A stretch of 32,000 nt of DNA, taken from positions 1,710,001 through 1,742,000 of the forward strand of contig NZ_AP012549.1 of NCBI RefSeq assembly GCF_000829235.1. Direction: 5' to 3'. The notes beneath the pieces were generated by a model, which searched no databases, was not told where the DNA came from, and saw only the letters and a list, made by a program, of their open reading frames with translations. This DNA is from a cyanobacterium endosymbiont of Epithemia turgida isolate EtSB Lake Yunoko (GTDB taxonomy: Bacteria; Cyanobacteriota; Cyanobacteriia; Cyanobacteriales; Microcystaceae). Shown piece after piece: positions 28,627 to 32,000 of the stretch. How positions within the stretch are numbered: the first letter of the stretch is position 1; every line of letters starts with the position of its first letter. The position numbers and the translations under genes are program-made.

Positions 28627-30051
28627 ATGGCTAATTTGATTATTTTTTGGCACCGTAAAGACTTACGAATCTCTGACAACATTGGCTTATCCAAAGCCCG
28701 TCAGCAAAGCTCTAAAGTGATTGGAGTATTTTGTTTTGATACTGACATCTTAGAACGGGATGACATTGCCCCTGTAAGGATAACTTATATGATAGGTTGT
28801 TTAAAAGAATTAGAACAAAAATACCGAAAATTAGGTAGTAAACTACTATTTATTCAAGGCAAACCCAATCAAGTTATTCCGCATTTAGCAGAAAGTATTC
28901 AAGCTGAATCAGTATTCTGGAATTGGGATGTTGAACCTTATAGCAGAAAACGAGATAAACAAGTTATTGAAGCTCTAGAAGAAAAAGGGATTAAATCTCA
29001 AAGTTATTGGGATCAACTGTTACATCTTCCTGAACAAATAATGACTAAATCAGGATATCCTTATAAAGTTTATACTCCTTTTTGGAACAAATTATCACAA
29101 CAAGAAAAATATTCTATTCCTGATCCTTTAGATAGCTTGGAAGGATTAACTGAGATAGAAATAGAACAAGCCCAAAAAGTCGGTACGATTGAGTTACCAT
29201 CGGCGACAGAATTAGGGTTTAACTGGGGTAATTATTTACTACTATCACCAGGAGAAACAGCAGCTAAAGAAAGATTAGAATTTTTTTGCAATTACGCAAT
29301 TAATTCTTATCAAGAAAATCGAAATTTCCCATTTATTGAAGGAACTTCCCAACTGAGTGCAGCCCTTAAATTTGGCGCAATTGGTATTAGAACTGTTTGG
29401 CAAGCAACAGTTAGTGTTTATGAAAATAGTTGTAGTGATGAAGCAAGAAAAAATATTGAAACCTGGCAAAAAGAATTAGCTTGGAGAGAATTTTATCAAC
29501 ACTGTTTATATTTTTTTCCTGACTTATCAGAAAGACCTTATAGAAAAAAATTTGAAGCATTTACTTGGGATAATAATGAAGATGATTTTCAATGTTGGTG
29601 TGAAGGAAGAACAGGATATCCTATTGTAGATGCGGCAATGAGACAGTTAAATGAAACAGGATGGATGCATAATCGTTGCAGAATGATTGTTGCTAGTTTT
29701 TTAACTAAAGACTTAATTATTAATTGGCAATGGGGAGAAAAATACTTTATGCAAAAATTAATTGATGGTGACTTAGCTGCTAATAATGGTGGATGGCAAT
29801 GGAGTGCATCGACTGGAATGGATTCTAAACCATTGCGAATTTTTAATCCTGCAAGTCAAGCACAGAAATATGATCCTAATGGAGAATATATTCGTCAATG
29901 GTTACCTGAATTAAATTTTCTTGATACAGAATGTTTAGTAACAGGAAAAATTTCTCCCCTGGATTGTTGTAGTTGTGGTTATCCTCAACCAATTAAGAAT
30001 CATGAACAACAACAAAGAGAATTTAAACAACGATATAATAAAGTTAAATAA
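28627..30051 (+). CDS. phr: Deoxyribodipyrimidine (CPD) photolyase, class I
   Basis: 474 aa. The N-terminal photolyase alpha/beta domain shows FWHRKDLRISDN. The FAD-binding domain shows TSQLSAALKFGAIGIR, WREFY, GYPIVDAAMRQLNETGWMHNRCRMIVASFLTKDL, LIDGDLAANNGGWQWSASTG, RIFNP..Q..KYDPNGEYIRQWLPEL. Confidence 0.95.
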   Translation: MANLIIFWHRKDLRISDNIGLSKARQQSSKVIGVFCFDTDILERDDIAPVRITYMIGCLKELEQKYRKLGSKLLFIQGKPNQVIPHLAESIQAESVFWNWDVEPYSRKRDKQVIEALEEKGIKSQSYWDQLLHLPEQIMTKSGYPYKVYTPFWNKLSQQEKYSIPDPLDSLEGLTEIEIEQAQKVGTIELPSATELGFNWGNYLLLSPGETAAKERLEFFCNYAINSYQENRNFPFIEGTSQLSAALKFGAIGIRTVWQATVSVYENSCSDEARKNIETWQKELAWREFYQHCLYFFPDLSERPYRKKFEAFTWDNNEDDFQCWCEGRTGYPIVDAAMRQLNETGWMHNRCRMIVASFLTKDLIINWQWGEKYFMQKLIDGDLAANNGGWQWSASTGMDSKPLRIFNPASQAQKYDPNGEYIRQWLPELNFLDTECLVTGKISPLDCCSCGYPQPIKNHEQQQREFKQRYNKVK

Positions 30052-32000
30052 TTATAACAAAGTATTTCTACAATGAAGAAAAAAGTGGCTAATGAATTGT
30101 ATTTAGGTGAATTTTATCGATAATCTTAATTTATAATTAAGAACGTAAACGTAAAGCGATCCAACCATTCAAATTTCCTCTTAGTCTATTAATATACCCT
30201 TTAAATAGTTTTTGAGAACCATCAAACCCTAAATTTTGTTGTCTCCTAAAATTTTATCAATAGCGAGCTCCGTTGTTTTATCAAGGTTAATAGCTAATAT
30301 TCTCGTCTGAATAAAATTTTTAAATTAATCAATTATAATATAATAGTTTTATCTTATAATTGAGCTCATTAGTAGTTGATTGATCGCTCTCCTAAATATT
30401 TTTAAAAAATGGGCAACATTTATCCACCTGAGAGTTATACATTTACAAATTACATCTATATTGTCTGGGCTAGATAAAGTGATGGCTATATATAAAACAA
30501 ATTTAAAATTGCTCAATAATGAGAATAAACAAATGTTTTTATAAATAAAAAGACTAAAATTTAGTCTTTTTATTTTCAAATTAAATATCGTAGTCTGAAT
30601 ATTTTAACTCAGCGATTAAATATTAAGTATAGATTTCTAAATCATATTCAGATCTTAGTTTGCTATGATAGTTTTAATACTATTTTTTATTTTGACAATT
30701 TTATACATTGCTTGACTTTTAATAGCCTATAAATTAGGAATTTAAAATAATTAATCGTCATATCAAGAAATCTGACCCTTATTTTTTTATATAATTTATA
30801 CTTAAAACTGGTACTAAAGACAATAGTAGTTTCAGTACTTAAGATAGTAAATAGTTGAGAAACGGCATAAATAGTGACCTTATTTGGTAAATAATAAACT
30901 TTTTATTAAAGTTAATTAAATCTGTTAATAAAAGAGCATTTTTTATAGATGTTACATTGTTATCAATTAGTATAAATTTATTATCACAATTTTAAAAAAA
31001 TTTATAATTAATACACAACTAATATTATAAGTAATTCATCAAACTATCTTTAGAGAGAACTAAATTAAAACTACCAATAATACCTGAACTAAAATTAAAC
31101 TCTCTAAACACAGTGAGGTAGATCAACTTGAATAAGTCTAGAATAGAAAAGTTGCTAAAAAAGAGCGATTACCGAATACTAGTATTCTTGAAAATTTGGC
31201 TACAGTTGACTTACGAGCTAACAATTTCTTTCAGAACGAGAATAAAAGAGAAAATTTTATGTTTAGATTTAATAGGATGAAAAGTTAAATAAATTACAGA
31301 CTAGGTGAAATTGTTAAAAAATACGATACAAAAAACAACTTTTAGGTGGATTAGTCAAAGAAGAGAATAAGTAAGAAAGGAGAAGATATAAAGTATCTTA
31401 AAGAACCTTGATAAAAAGATAAATTAACTGATAACAATACTTTTTTAAATAAAAGGTTTTCTGTATGATTTTTATTATCAAGTTTACAGGAAAAATGGTT
31501 CTTTTTCGTACTGAAATTGATGTCTTATTCATTAGTTAAATATATCCATCGCAAAAGTATTAGTAATAGAAACAATAGAAAAAATAGGCTCTATTGTCGT
31601 GAAATAAATAGGGAAGTATATTTATTTGATAAACCTAAAGTAGTTAGTTTTACTAGCTATTCAACTAATTTTAAATACTTATTAGGCTCGATATAATACT
31701 TTATTCCTAAACGTTTTTTAGATTAATTAATATCAAAATATGTCATTGAAAGATGTAATTTTTTTTTACTTTAACTAGTGCGTTTCCTAAAATGAAAGTA
31801 CTTCTTAAAGAAGGTAAGCATCCTTAATTTAAATCGTGAGATAATAGAGAGAGATGTAGCTAACTAGATATTGATTAAAGAGATTATTTTAGTTAATTCA
31901 ATAGGTTGTACGAATTCTAATCATGATTTTAATAGTATTAGCAAAGGGAAAATACTGATTTTTAAATATAAAGCAGAACAATAATTGATTAAATTAGGTA

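Noticed and set aside
16540-29469. Other short track ORFs nested in genes: 16540-16740, 19575-19757, 20026-20229, 23463-23648, 24115-24330 and 29275-29469.
   Set aside because: Each lies wholly inside a well-supported longer CDS (TVP38, rbgA, recG, phr) in another frame or on the other strand, with no domain signal.
30349-30579. The 76-aa track ORF.
   Set aside because: It is an AT-rich, Ile/Leu/Phe/Lys/Asn-dominated translation typical of random open frames in AT deserts, and I recognised no motif.

Overview
This is an AT-rich cyanobacterial chromosome segment in an advanced state of reductive decay. All calls come from reading motifs by eye; no database search was possible.

Thirteen intact genes are recognisable, totalling about 13.7 kb or roughly 43% of the window:
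- VanX/DdpX-type D-Ala-D-Ala dipeptidase
- IctB-family membrane protein
- fused ThiO-ThiG
- HemJ
- squalene-hopene cyclase
- a CypA-like cyclophilin
- GrxC
- a TVP38/DedA-type membrane protein
- RbgA/YlqF GTPase
- a ManC-type cupin
- RecG
- FolK
- a class I CPD photolyase

Between the genes lie ORF-free spacers of 0.8-2.5 kb that are visibly much more AT-rich. There are also at least four gene corpses: an M23 peptidase, a LivG-type ABC ATPase, a NUDIX ADP-ribose pyrophosphatase and a probable family-4 uracil-DNA glycosylase. I found no rRNA, tRNA, CRISPR array, IS element or prophage, and no compact novel gene system.

The interesting signals are evolutionary and structural:
1. One intact HIP1 octamer (GCGATCGC) plus five copies of a single transition derivative (GTGATCGC/GCGATCAC). 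This fits deamination at the cytosine known to be 5-methylated within HIP1.
2. A population of long, perfect, mutually unrelated inverted repeats in the spacers, with arms of 14-28 bp. Several have loops of about 12 nt.
3. Three pseudogenes riddled with in-frame stop codons whose reading frames are otherwise preserved.
4. A probable uracil-DNA glycosylase corpse that could help explain the AT drift.
5. A perfect (AAATAT)x19 microsatellite.
6. A cyclophilin unusually close to eukaryotic cytosolic CypA.

My best guess at the source is a reduced-genome, symbiont-like cyanobacterium. That is an inference, not a demonstration.
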